NCBI GenBank assembly: GCA_006218065.1
Contig: VBWE01000001.1
Location: 191,063 to 255,062 of the forward strand
Direction of reading: 5' to 3'
Length of the DNA stretch: 64,000 bases
Source of the DNA: Bacteroidota bacterium
GTDB taxonomy: Bacteria; Bacteroidota; Bacteroidia; Palsa-965
Numbering within the stretch: position 1 is the stretch's first letter; the number at the start of each line of letters is the position of its first letter. Positions 1 to 7,793 of this stretch are shown here, piece after piece. The notes below the pieces were generated by a model that did not search any database, was not told where the DNA came from, and worked only from the letters and a program-made list of their open reading frames with translations. The translations under genes and the position numbers were made by a program.

Positions 1-143
1 TGCTGCTTTTCGGAATTTTAGAATTTGAACGGAAGAATTTCGATAATGCCTACATCGCACTGGAAAGCGTGATGCGCAACCGGCCGGGGGACGAAACAGC
101 GCGGACGATTTATAAGCGATATTATATTAAGAAACAGAATTGA
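1..143 (+). CDS. 3' end of an upstream CDS (partial; C-terminal ...ALESVMRNRPGDETARTIYKRYYIKKQN*); hypothetical, possibly TPR-like
   Basis: Open frame 3 runs from the window edge to TGA at 141-143. No start is visible in the window. Confidence 0.3.
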   Translation, partial: LLFGILEFERKNFDNAYIALESVMRNRPGDETARTIYKRYYIKKQN

Positions 144-215
144 TTTGCGATTTTGGATTGCCGATTTGCGATGTTTTATTGCAGATATTCAATCGCAAAT
201 CGGCAATCGCAAATC
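142..215. repeat. Inverted pair of the 30-bp 'U' element: RC copy at 142-171, and a direct copy lacking 'caaaa' at 193-215, separated by a 21-nt loop
   Basis: gatttgcgattttggattgccgatttgcga ... tcgcaaatcggcaatcgcaaatc, read directly from the sequence. Lies downstream of the YD-repeat gene. Confidence 0.7.
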
Positions 216-218
216 AGT

Positions 219-1094
219 TCACCGGTAGTATGTGTATGAAATTGCTTCGTGTTCTTCCCTGTCGCCAGATAGTGCACGATTGCAGTGTTCGCCGGAAAGC
301 AAACCTTGCTCATTGTAAGTAAAACTATACGTGCAGATTTCCCGCCGGCCATGGCGGGGCTGGTACGAAACGGAAACCAACCGGCCTGTTGAATCGTACG
401 CATTCGCCATCGTTTCATGGCGGACATCGTGATCATTCCTGCCCTCTCGACTGTTGTACTGCACACGGTAATAAACCGACCGGACGTTTCCACGCTCATC
501 ATACGTATATGATTCGAACGAAGGTGTGTTGGGCGAATTGTGGCTGATGCGGGTGAGCCGGCCCAGGCTGTCGTATTCTTCTTCCCTTTCCCGCCTCCCG
601 GTTTCAGGAGCATACGTGCTGATCCTTTTTCTTTCTCCGGAATTTGTTTCATACCAGTACAGTATCTTTTTCCCATCCAGCAAACGGGTCTTCACTGCCC
701 TTCCCAGCGAGTCGGTTGAATAGGTGTAGTTGAACACGCGACTTACTTTCCCTTGCGCATCGCTGTATGTTTCTTTGGTAAGCCGCCCTTGTTTATCGTA
801 AACGGAAGAAGCGATGTGACAATTGTTTTGGAGCCTGCAATGTTCCTCGCGGACCAGCAAACCGTTGCTATCCAGTTCATACACGGCCCAGCCTATTGTT
901 TTACCGGAAGAGTCGCTGCTGCTTACGCGGATTGTTTTTACTTTTTTGAGTGACTGGGCAAGCAAACGTGCTTTCAGATCGGAAGGATGGACTTGCGCGT
1001 CAGTGCGAAAAACGGGCAGGAGCAGCAAGCAAAATAGCAAACGGAAGATGTATCGATTTGGGGTCGTCGATTTTCGATGTTTTGATTGATGCAT
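219..1094 (-). CDS. Small secreted YD-repeat (RHS-family repeat) protein, 291 aa
   Basis: N-terminal signal peptide (LLFCLLLLPVF). Repeated YDxxGRL / YTYDERGN / YDSTGRLV YD-repeat motifs. Complete ORF. Confidence 0.6.
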   Translation of the reverse strand: MHQSKHRKSTTPNRYIFRLLFCLLLLPVFRTDAQVHPSDLKARLLAQSLKKVKTIRVSSSDSSGKTIGWAVYELDSNGLLVREEHCRLQNNCHIASSVYDKQGRLTKETYSDAQGKVSRVFNYTYSTDSLGRAVKTRLLDGKKILYWYETNSGERKRISTYAPETGRREREEEYDSLGRLTRISHNSPNTPSFESYTYDERGNVRSVYYRVQYNSREGRNDHDVRHETMANAYDSTGRLVSVSYQPRHGRREICTYSFTYNEQGLLSGEHCNRALSGDREEHEAISYTYYR

Positions 1095-1109
1095 GCTGTA
1101 CGTTTTTCA

Positions 1110-1139
1110 ATCGCAAATCGGCAATCCAAAATCGCAAAT
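1110..1139. repeat. Solo copy of the 30-bp U element (tcgcaaatcggcaatccaaaatcgcaaatc)
   Basis: Exact 30-mer that contains a 9-bp direct repeat tcgcaaatc spaced 21 bp centre to centre. Abuts the stop codon of the 1139-1822 gene. Confidence 0.7.
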
Positions 1140-1822
1140 CAGTTAACGGCTTTTTCTTTGGACATCGCCGCATCAAAAACTTTCTGCTGCGCTTCGAGTT
1201 CTGATTTCTTTTTTTCCTGGTCGGATTTGTTTTTGCTGATATCGCTTTCGGCTTTGGAAATTTTGGATTTGTATTCCTCGATCTTCGCCTTGTAGTCTTC
1301 GATGTCTTTCAGCAGGCTCGCCTGGTCTTTTTCGAGATCCTTCTGCTGGTCCTTGAGTTTTTCGAGTTTTTTCTCTTCCTCTTTGGTGATGCCGGCCAGG
1401 CCTTCCTTGGTCATTTTGATGGCGAAATCGTTCACGATGTTTTTCATTTCGCGGAACTGTTCCCCGTGCTGCGACGAAGTCATCCAGGCCCCGCCCATAT
1501 CCACACCCACGATCAGCTTCGATTCGCCCTCTTTTCCTTTTTCAACGCGCATGTAAATATCCACCGGGTTGTTCCCGTTACTTTTGAGCATGGCATTATC
1601 GGCGAAAATTCCGCCTTTGCTGCTCACTTTGCCGTCCATATCCTTCATTTTCGACCGCCACTTGCTTTCGATATCGTCTGCCGTAGCCTGGTAAATAGTA
1701 ACTACGAGCGCATTATGGCTGCCGTCGCCGATTTTCTCGTTGGTTTCACGAACGTCGATTTTCTGTGCATGTGCTGCAACCGCAAAAAGACCGATGGAGA
1801 GAAGAGTAAGTATCTTTTTCAT
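1139..1822 (-). CDS. Secreted hypothetical protein with a C-terminal coiled-coil (K/E-rich) region
   Basis: Signal peptide MKKILTLLSIGLFAVAAHAQ. The C-terminus is a low-complexity coiled-coil heptad-like KLEKLKDQQKDLEKDQ. Confidence 0.5.
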   Translation of the reverse strand: MKKILTLLSIGLFAVAAHAQKIDVRETNEKIGDGSHNALVVTIYQATADDIESKWRSKMKDMDGKVSSKGGIFADNAMLKSNGNNPVDIYMRVEKGKEGESKLIVGVDMGGAWMTSSQHGEQFREMKNIVNDFAIKMTKEGLAGITKEEEKKLEKLKDQQKDLEKDQASLLKDIEDYKAKIEEYKSKISKAESDISKNKSDQEKKKSELEAQQKVFDAAMSKEKAVN

Positions 1823-1875
1823 GATATGTTGTTTTGTGTGTGATCTTTATCAAGAACCTTGCCTAAAGATAGCAA

Positions 1876-2048
1876 ATCTATTTTCGATTTTGGATTGCCG
1901 ATTTGCGATTTTAAACATATGGACGTTAGTGTCTTTGCGCCTTAGCGGTGAAAAAACCGGGATACAAGTTTCACCGCGAAGACACGAAGGCACTAAAACT
2001 TTTGTGGCATCATTTCAATTGCAAATCGGCAATCCAAAATCGCAAATC
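1876..2048. repeat. MITE-like unit: RC(U) at about 1884-1908 and U at 2019-2048 as terminal inverted repeats, flanking a ~110-bp spacer with nested hairpins
   Basis: tcgattttggattgccgatttgcga ... ttgcaaatcggcaatccaaaatcgcaaatc. Internal inverted repeats gtgtctttgcg/cgcgaagacac and cggtgaaa/tttcaccg. Confidence 0.6.
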
Positions 2049-2053
2049 CGTTT

Positions 2054-2626
2054 TCAGTCCACATCCGCTACGCCGCCCGAAACAATAAACTTCATTGCAT
2101 CCGATGAAGGAATATCAAGCGGCTGCACACTGGCGGCGGGAACGATGACCAGGCGGCCGGAAATGGAATACGAAACCGGCAGGTACACCGCTACTTTATC
2201 GCGACCCAAACCGATTTTTGTGAGATCATCCTGCGTGATAAAACCCATTTCCTGGATATTGCTCTGCACGTTGGTAGTTACCAGTACCGGTTTGTTGAAT
2301 CGTTTTTTGTTCCCGATAAACGCCGAAAGGAAATCCTTGATCGAAGAATAAATGATCTTGACCAGCGGCGCTTTTTCGAAAATCCGTTCCATCTCGCGCC
2401 AGAAAAACCGGGCCAGGTAATTGGTCGCCAGCAGGCCCACAAGGAAAATGAGCAGGATCAGCAGCACGGTAAAAATGATCGGGTCGGCATACGGGTGCAC
2501 GATCATATCGAATCTGCCGAAAAGCATACCGATATATACTACCATCTTATAAAGTACCAGCCCCGTGATCGCTACCGGCACTACAACCAGTAAGCCCTGC
2601 AGGAAATAACGTGTAAACTTGCGCAT
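2054..2626 (-). CDS. DUF502-family membrane protein
   Basis: Two N-terminal TM helices and an LPVSYSISGRLVIVP-type motif typical of the DUF502/COG2928 family. Confidence 0.65.
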   Translation of the reverse strand: MRKFTRYFLQGLLVVVPVAITGLVLYKMVVYIGMLFGRFDMIVHPYADPIIFTVLLILLIFLVGLLATNYLARFFWREMERIFEKAPLVKIIYSSIKDFLSAFIGNKKRFNKPVLVTTNVQSNIQEMGFITQDDLTKIGLGRDKVAVYLPVSYSISGRLVIVPAASVQPLDIPSSDAMKFIVSGGVADVD

Positions 2627-2937
2627 GTTCGTCGGAAATAGATTTCTGCAAAATTAATGGTAATACCGTTAAACCTTCGGTCGGTCGCTGCGTCTTATCA
2701 GCATAAATACGGGAGAATAAGGCAGCGCCTCCGCTCGGAAAAGCTGCCGCGACAGCCGCATCGGGACAAGTGCGGCTGTTTTTTTATGCATTCGTTTCTT
2801 TTAGGGCCTTTAATTTCAAATGACAAACGCCGAATATCGAACGCCGGAGTTTTAATCTCTCCGCGTGCTACGGTGAAGAAAAGCATACCCGTTTTTTACC
2901 CCAAAAACCCAACCGATTGTTCGTATTTTGGCCGTGC

Positions 2938-3984
2938 ATGAACGTTTTGGAAATCATACGATACCGGCTCGCTGGTCAGCAACTGGCAGGAACAACATGC
3001 ACCGGCCCGCAGGAAATCGTGCGCCGGCTGGGAGCTGTGCAGGCGCAGGTTTTCAGCATGGCCAAATGGGCCATCGGTTTGCGCCTGCCCGGTTCACGGG
3101 AGAGCGACATCGACCGCGCATTCAACGAAGGAAAAATACTCCGCACGCACCTGCTCCGCCCGACCTGGCATTTCGTGAGCCCGCAGGATATCCGCTGGAT
3201 GCTCGCGCTCTCCGCTCCGCGCGTGCATGCCGCCAATGCGTTTATGTACCGGCAACTGGAATTGGACAAGGCCGTTTTCAAAAAAAGCAATGCGACGATC
3301 GTGAAAATGCTCCGCGACGGAAATCACCTGACCCGCGACGAACTGAATACCGGGCTGAAACGTGCGAAGATCATCGCCGGCGGCCCCCGGCTGAGTTATC
3401 TCATGATGTTCGCCGAACTGGAAGGTATTATTTGCAGCGGCCCGCGAAAAGGAAAACAATTTACCTACGCATTGATCGACGAACACGTTCCTGCAACAAA
3501 AAAAGAATCGCGCGAAGAATCGCTGGGCAGGCTTACCGAAATCTATTTCAGCAGCCGCGGACCAGCGACCATTGCCGATTACTGCTGGTGGTCGGGACTG
3601 ACGGTGAAGGACGCGAAAACCGGTATTGCGCTGCTGAGCAGTAAACTCACCTGCGAAAAAATCAACGACCGGGAACATTATTTCGTTCCTGCGGATTTGC
3701 CGGAAAACAAACTGTTGCAAACATTCCTGATGCCCGATTATGATGAATACGGAATCGGCTACAAGGACCGCAGCGCCATGTCAAACAAGCTGGCGAACCA
3801 GGGCACGCTTACCGTTTACAGTCACCTGCTGATCATCGACGGTATTTTCGGCGGGACCTGGGACCGCACGGAACAGGGAAAAAAAGTGGCTGCAAACGTT
3901 ACGCCTTTCTTTGACCTGGACAAAGCACAGCGGCAAAACGTTGCAGAGGCAGTAAAAAAGTATGATGCGTTTTTTGCAGGCTGA
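2938..3984 (+). CDS. Winged-helix DNA-binding domain protein, YcaQ/DUF1006-like (putative DNA crosslink-repair glycosylase family)
   Basis: About 350 aa with family-like segments (LLRPTWHFVSPQDIRWM, DYCWWSGL). ATG at 2938; the ORF track extends to a TTG at 2917. Confidence 0.6.
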   Translation: MNVLEIIRYRLAGQQLAGTTCTGPQEIVRRLGAVQAQVFSMAKWAIGLRLPGSRESDIDRAFNEGKILRTHLLRPTWHFVSPQDIRWMLALSAPRVHAANAFMYRQLELDKAVFKKSNATIVKMLRDGNHLTRDELNTGLKRAKIIAGGPRLSYLMMFAELEGIICSGPRKGKQFTYALIDEHVPATKKESREESLGRLTEIYFSSRGPATIADYCWWSGLTVKDAKTGIALLSSKLTCEKINDREHYFVPADLPENKLLQTFLMPDYDEYGIGYKDRSAMSNKLANQGTLTVYSHLLIIDGIFGGTWDRTEQGKKVAANVTPFFDLDKAQRQNVAEAVKKYDAFFAG

Positions 3985-4123
3985 TTTTTTTCACAACAGG
4001 AACGAATGAAAAACAATACACTGCGCGGTATTTAATTCCTCATCCGGAAAACACGGTTTTCCCCGTAGCTTTTGCCTGCATAGATTCCCTACCTTCGTTG
4101 CAATCAAACCTATACCAGCCAAC

Positions 4124-4534
4124 ATGAAAAAGCTCCCCGTTGTCCTTCTCTCCGTGATCGTTTTTCTTACTGCGTTTGCTCCGAAACTTTCCGCACAGGC
4201 CAAAGGCAAACTCAAAATCAGTTACGTCGCAGTCGGTACGATCGAAGGATATTCCTATCCTTCCAAAATGAAAGTCTATATCGACGGGAAAGAAGTGGGC
4301 GAAGGTCCGGTGAAAGAACAAACCGTAAAAAATACATTTACCGTCGAAGTTCCGCAGGGACAGCATGAAGTCCGCTGTGTGCTCTGGGCCCAGTGCAAAG
4401 GCGTTTGGGAAGAACGGCTGGTTTCGAACGACTACAGTTTCGACTGGTCTTATGCCGGCACGCTGAACTTCAAAAAGAAGAACAAGCTGAAGCTCGAGTT
4501 TAACGTAACCAAAACGGCGACGATTAAAAAGTAA
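4124..4534 (+). CDS. Secreted hypothetical protein (136 aa)
   Basis: Signal peptide MKKLPVVLLSVIVFLTAFAPKLSA. No recognisable domain. Confidence 0.5.
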   Translation: MKKLPVVLLSVIVFLTAFAPKLSAQAKGKLKISYVAVGTIEGYSYPSKMKVYIDGKEVGEGPVKEQTVKNTFTVEVPQGQHEVRCVLWAQCKGVWEERLVSNDYSFDWSYAGTLNFKKKNKLKLEFNVTKTATIKK

Positions 4535-4537
4535 GCC

Positions 4538-4888
4538 TCAGCGGAATTTTTCCTGCTCCTTTTTCGGCAGCGATGCGATGATCAGTCCGTAGGAATGATC
4601 GATCCACTCCTTTAATTTTTTCCCCGGCACCGATCCGTCGGCGATAATCGTATTCCAGTGTTTCTTGTTCATATGATAACCGGGCTTTACGCAGTCGTAT
4701 TGCTCGCGCAGTTCCACGGCCAGTTCCGGGTCGCATTTCACATTAAAACGTACAGGTTTGCTTTCGATCCCGGTCAATAAAAATGCTTTTCCGCCGGCTT
4801 TGAAAACAAGCGTTTCATGATCGAAAGGAAAACATTCTTCCGCTCCTTTTTTCGTGAGGCAGTACGCACGGAGTTCTTCGATGTTCAT
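4538..4888 (-). CDS. MmcQ/YjbR-family DNA-binding protein
   Basis: 116 aa with family-typical motifs (MNIEELRAYCL...KKHWNTI). Confidence 0.6.
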   Translation of the reverse strand: MNIEELRAYCLTKKGAEECFPFDHETLVFKAGGKAFLLTGIESKPVRFNVKCDPELAVELREQYDCVKPGYHMNKKHWNTIIADGSVPGKKLKEWIDHSYGLIIASLPKKEQEKFR

Positions 4889-4890
4889 GT

Positions 4891-5643
4891 TTAAACGATA
4901 ATGCGGTACAAAACCGGTTTGCTCGGCGAAGCGTCGTTCTCAAAAGGCGCGAACTGCAGGTTCAGCAGGTAAGGCCCGTCGTAAACAGTATTCGGCACAT
5001 AGATCATTTCGGTAATGGTACGATGCGCCTGCGTGTTTTCCGGGTATTCCCAGAACGTTTTATGCGCGGCCAGTTTTCCTCCATCCACTTCCTTGTCCAC
5101 CGAAGGCATATCGAGCAGCAGGTGATCAATACCGCTGCCGATGATAAACTGCATGGCTTCCGCGTTTATATACGGAGGATTGGTATTGGAATAATTGGCG
5201 GTAAGCTTGGCCGGCGAATTGGAAAGCGTACGGATAACCAGCGCTTCCGGCCGTTTTCCGTCGAGCACATTTTCGAGGATGGTTTTCGTGATCACGAAAT
5301 CGCCGTCATCGCGCTGCTCGGGCAAAACCGTAACGACTTCCGCGATAAAGAAAAACGTTTTCAGTTCCTGGTTGATGCTGTAGTCTTCGTTGCTGATATG
5401 TCCCACGCATTCCGTATGCGTTCCATGCCCGTGCGGGTTGAAAAAAATATTTCGGAAATTCACCGAGCCGCCCTGCTTCACTTCGCCCACCCAGTCGCCC
5501 ATCCGCACCGGCTCGATCCGCATCGGGTCGACGTACCAGGCGCGGACGCTTTGTTCGGAAGCCCGCATGGGAATGGAAATATCCAGCGGCTGACTGAGAT
5601 CGGTTTTGTAGGTTTTGCCTTTGTGGTTGATGGTCGCGAACAT
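4891..5643 (-). CDS. Cyclase-family protein (kynurenine formamidase-like metal-dependent hydrolase)
   Basis: HGHGTHTE metal-binding motif of the putative cyclase family. Start is the ATG at 5641-5643 (MFATINHKG). The longer ORF-track start would read into the upstream repeat element. Confidence 0.7.
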   Translation of the reverse strand: MFATINHKGKTYKTDLSQPLDISIPMRASEQSVRAWYVDPMRIEPVRMGDWVGEVKQGGSVNFRNIFFNPHGHGTHTECVGHISNEDYSINQELKTFFFIAEVVTVLPEQRDDGDFVITKTILENVLDGKRPEALVIRTLSNSPAKLTANYSNTNPPYINAEAMQFIIGSGIDHLLLDMPSVDKEVDGGKLAAHKTFWEYPENTQAHRTITEMIYVPNTVYDGPYLLNLQFAPFENDASPSKPVLYRIIV

Positions 5644-5753
5644 GATGACCAAATTACTAATTAATCGATGTACTGATTTGAAAATTCGACAATTGAGAAA
5701 ATTTGAAAATGACCCGCGCGCGTTGATTTGTGCGCATTTTCTCAATTTTCAAA
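5644..5753. repeat. Copy A of a ~110-bp intergenic module (R2) carrying a 10-bp-stem dyad
   Basis: Near-identical to 6498-6610 apart from about 6 substitutions. Begins immediately at the cyclase start codon. Contains ttgagaaaat...attttctcaa and gaaaatg...cattttc inverted repeats. Confidence 0.7.
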
Positions 5754-5794
5754 TTGAGTAATTTTCAAATCGGCTCAATTGTCCAATCGGCAAT

Positions 5795-6490
5795 TCAACA
5801 TCCCATAATATTATACGCAATCAACGGCTTATCGGCATCGCGCCACAAAATCCAGCCGGTTACTTTCCGCACTTTTCGTTCGCCGCCTTCGGAATACCAG
5901 TCTTCGATCTGTACCTGCATCCAGCGGCCTTTCACCTGGAGCGGGTTGATGTCGGTATTATCATGATCTTCACCGCCTCTTTGCCCCGAGATAATTTTAA
6001 ACGGCGATTTCGTATCCGGTTTTTCGTAGATTTTATTTTCCGTATCACGGGGAAGATCGATGCTCGCCATGCTTTGGTAAAAGCCGAGCCAGGACAGCAT
6101 CTGAACTTTTTCGTTTACGGATACCCAGGCGGTTTTCTTTTTTTGCGTATGAATGATCACGCGGCAGAATTTTTCTTTTTTCTCGAGGCAGTTCATGTAA
6201 ATGCGCGCCTTTTCAACCGACGTATTGAAATATTCGGGCTGCAGCCATTCGGCGATACTGTCTTTCGGTGAATCGGAAATCATCTTTACGCTGTACGGAC
6301 TTGCCGAATCGAACCGAAAGGTTACTTCGAACCAGGGTGTTTTATCCGTCGCCGGATTTTCCCAGAAACTCAGCGTGACCTGCTGATCAAGGGCGGCATG
6401 TACTACACCGATGCCGTAATTTTTTTCAAAATTTCCCGCGTGAAGCAGGGGAAAAAGAAAAAGCGCGCAAACGAAGAAAACGTGTTTCAT
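5795..6490 (-). CDS. Secreted hypothetical protein (about 231 aa)
   Basis: Signal peptide MKHVFFVCALFLFPLLHA, using the ATG at 6488-6490. No recognisable domain. Bracketed by the two R2 copies. Confidence 0.5.
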   Translation of the reverse strand: MKHVFFVCALFLFPLLHAGNFEKNYGIGVVHAALDQQVTLSFWENPATDKTPWFEVTFRFDSASPYSVKMISDSPKDSIAEWLQPEYFNTSVEKARIYMNCLEKKEKFCRVIIHTQKKKTAWVSVNEKVQMLSWLGFYQSMASIDLPRDTENKIYEKPDTKSPFKIISGQRGGEDHDNTDINPLQVKGRWMQVQIEDWYSEGGERKVRKVTGWILWRDADKPLIAYNIMGC

Positions 6491-6497
6491 GGACAGG

Positions 6498-6610
6498 ATG
6501 ACCAAATTACTAATTTATCAATGTACCGATTTGAAAATTCGACGATTGAGAAAATTTGAAAATGACCCGCGCGTGTTGATTTGTGCGCATTTTCTCAATT
6601 TTCAAATCGG
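6498..6610. repeat. Copy B of the ~110-bp R2 module
   Basis: Fills the whole spacer between the hemW stop (6613) and the start of the 5795-6490 gene. Confidence 0.7.
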
Positions 6611-6612
6611 GA

Positions 6613-7740
6613 CTAAACAATAAACAAATCGGACGCGATCCGGTCGGCCAGCAGTTTTCCCTGTTCGCTCAGCCGGAGGATATTTTCCTCGCGCAGCAAA
6701 TCGCCGGAGAGCAGGTACGGCGCAGCTTCCCCGAGCAGGTAGTCACGTTTCTCAGCGCCGAAGTTTTTTTCGATCTGCTGCAGGTCGCAGCCCCGGGACG
6801 TGCGCAGGCTGATCATCACGTATTCATTATACCGCTGCGCGGGGGTCAGCGTTTCTTCTTCCCAGTATGTTTCGCCGGACTGGATCTTCGCCGCATACTG
6901 TGCATTATTCGCCAGGTTCCAGCGCCGTTTCTTCCCGTCGAACGAATGCGCCGAAGGACCGATGCCGATGTATTTTTCACCGCTCCAGTAACTGCTGTTG
7001 TGCCGGGACAAAAAACCGGGTTTGGCGAAATTGGAAATCTCGTAATGTGCAAAACCGTTTTCGTTCATGCGCTGCATGAGGATGCGGAACTGCTGCGAAG
7101 CAAGCTGCTCGTCAACCGGTTTTACTTTACCGGTTTGTACAAAATGCGCGAGGGCCGTGCGCGGTTCCACGGTGAGGCAATACGATGAAATATGCGGAAC
7201 CTGCAGACCGAATGCCGTTTCCAGGTTTTTTTTCCAGTCTGCATTTTCAAGTCCCGGTATCCCGTAAATCAGGTCGATGGTGATGTTTCCGAAACCGGCG
7301 GCCTGCGCACGTTTTACACAGTCGAGCGCTTCACCTGCAGTATGTACGCGGTTCATCAGCGCAAGGTCCTGTTCCCGGAAAGACTGTATGCCGATGCTCA
7401 GCCTGTTGATGCCGATCTCTTTCAGGCGGCGCAGGTAAACGTCGTTCAGATCATCCGGGTTGGCTTCCAGCGTGATCTCCGCATCTTCCTGCACACGGTA
7501 ATTTTCGCGGAGCAGGCCGAGCATCCGCGCCAGTTCATCCGGGGGAACCAGCGAAGGCGTTCCGCCGCCGAAATAAACAGTTGCCGTTTCTTCGTTCGCA
7601 GATTCCTGCAGCCTGCCGGTGATTTCTTTCTGCATGGCGCGCAGCATGGGCACGACCATTTTCTGCGACGTGGAAAAATGAAAATCGCAATAATGACAGG
7701 CTTGTTTGCAAAAGGGAATATGGATATAAATCCCGGGCAT
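6613..7740 (-). CDS. hemW: Radical SAM haem chaperone HemW (oxygen-independent coproporphyrinogen-III oxidase-like)
   Basis: CxxxCxxC radical-SAM motif (CKQACHYCDF), GGGTPS motif, length about 375 aa. Confidence 0.85.
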   Translation of the reverse strand: MPGIYIHIPFCKQACHYCDFHFSTSQKMVVPMLRAMQKEITGRLQESANEETATVYFGGGTPSLVPPDELARMLGLLRENYRVQEDAEITLEANPDDLNDVYLRRLKEIGINRLSIGIQSFREQDLALMNRVHTAGEALDCVKRAQAAGFGNITIDLIYGIPGLENADWKKNLETAFGLQVPHISSYCLTVEPRTALAHFVQTGKVKPVDEQLASQQFRILMQRMNENGFAHYEISNFAKPGFLSRHNSSYWSGEKYIGIGPSAHSFDGKKRRWNLANNAQYAAKIQSGETYWEEETLTPAQRYNEYVMISLRTSRGCDLQQIEKNFGAEKRDYLLGEAAPYLLSGDLLREENILRLSEQGKLLADRIASDLFIV

Positions 7741-7793
7741 ATTTTTATGTGAACAAAGAAGCTATAAAGTAAGGGCAAGACAGTGTCTTGCCC

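Noticed and set aside
2928-3644. 238-aa alternative-frame ORF, with a 208-aa ORF on the opposite strand
   Set aside because: They overlap the YcaQ-like gene frame that has the better start and family motifs. Both are Arg/Pro-rich artefacts.
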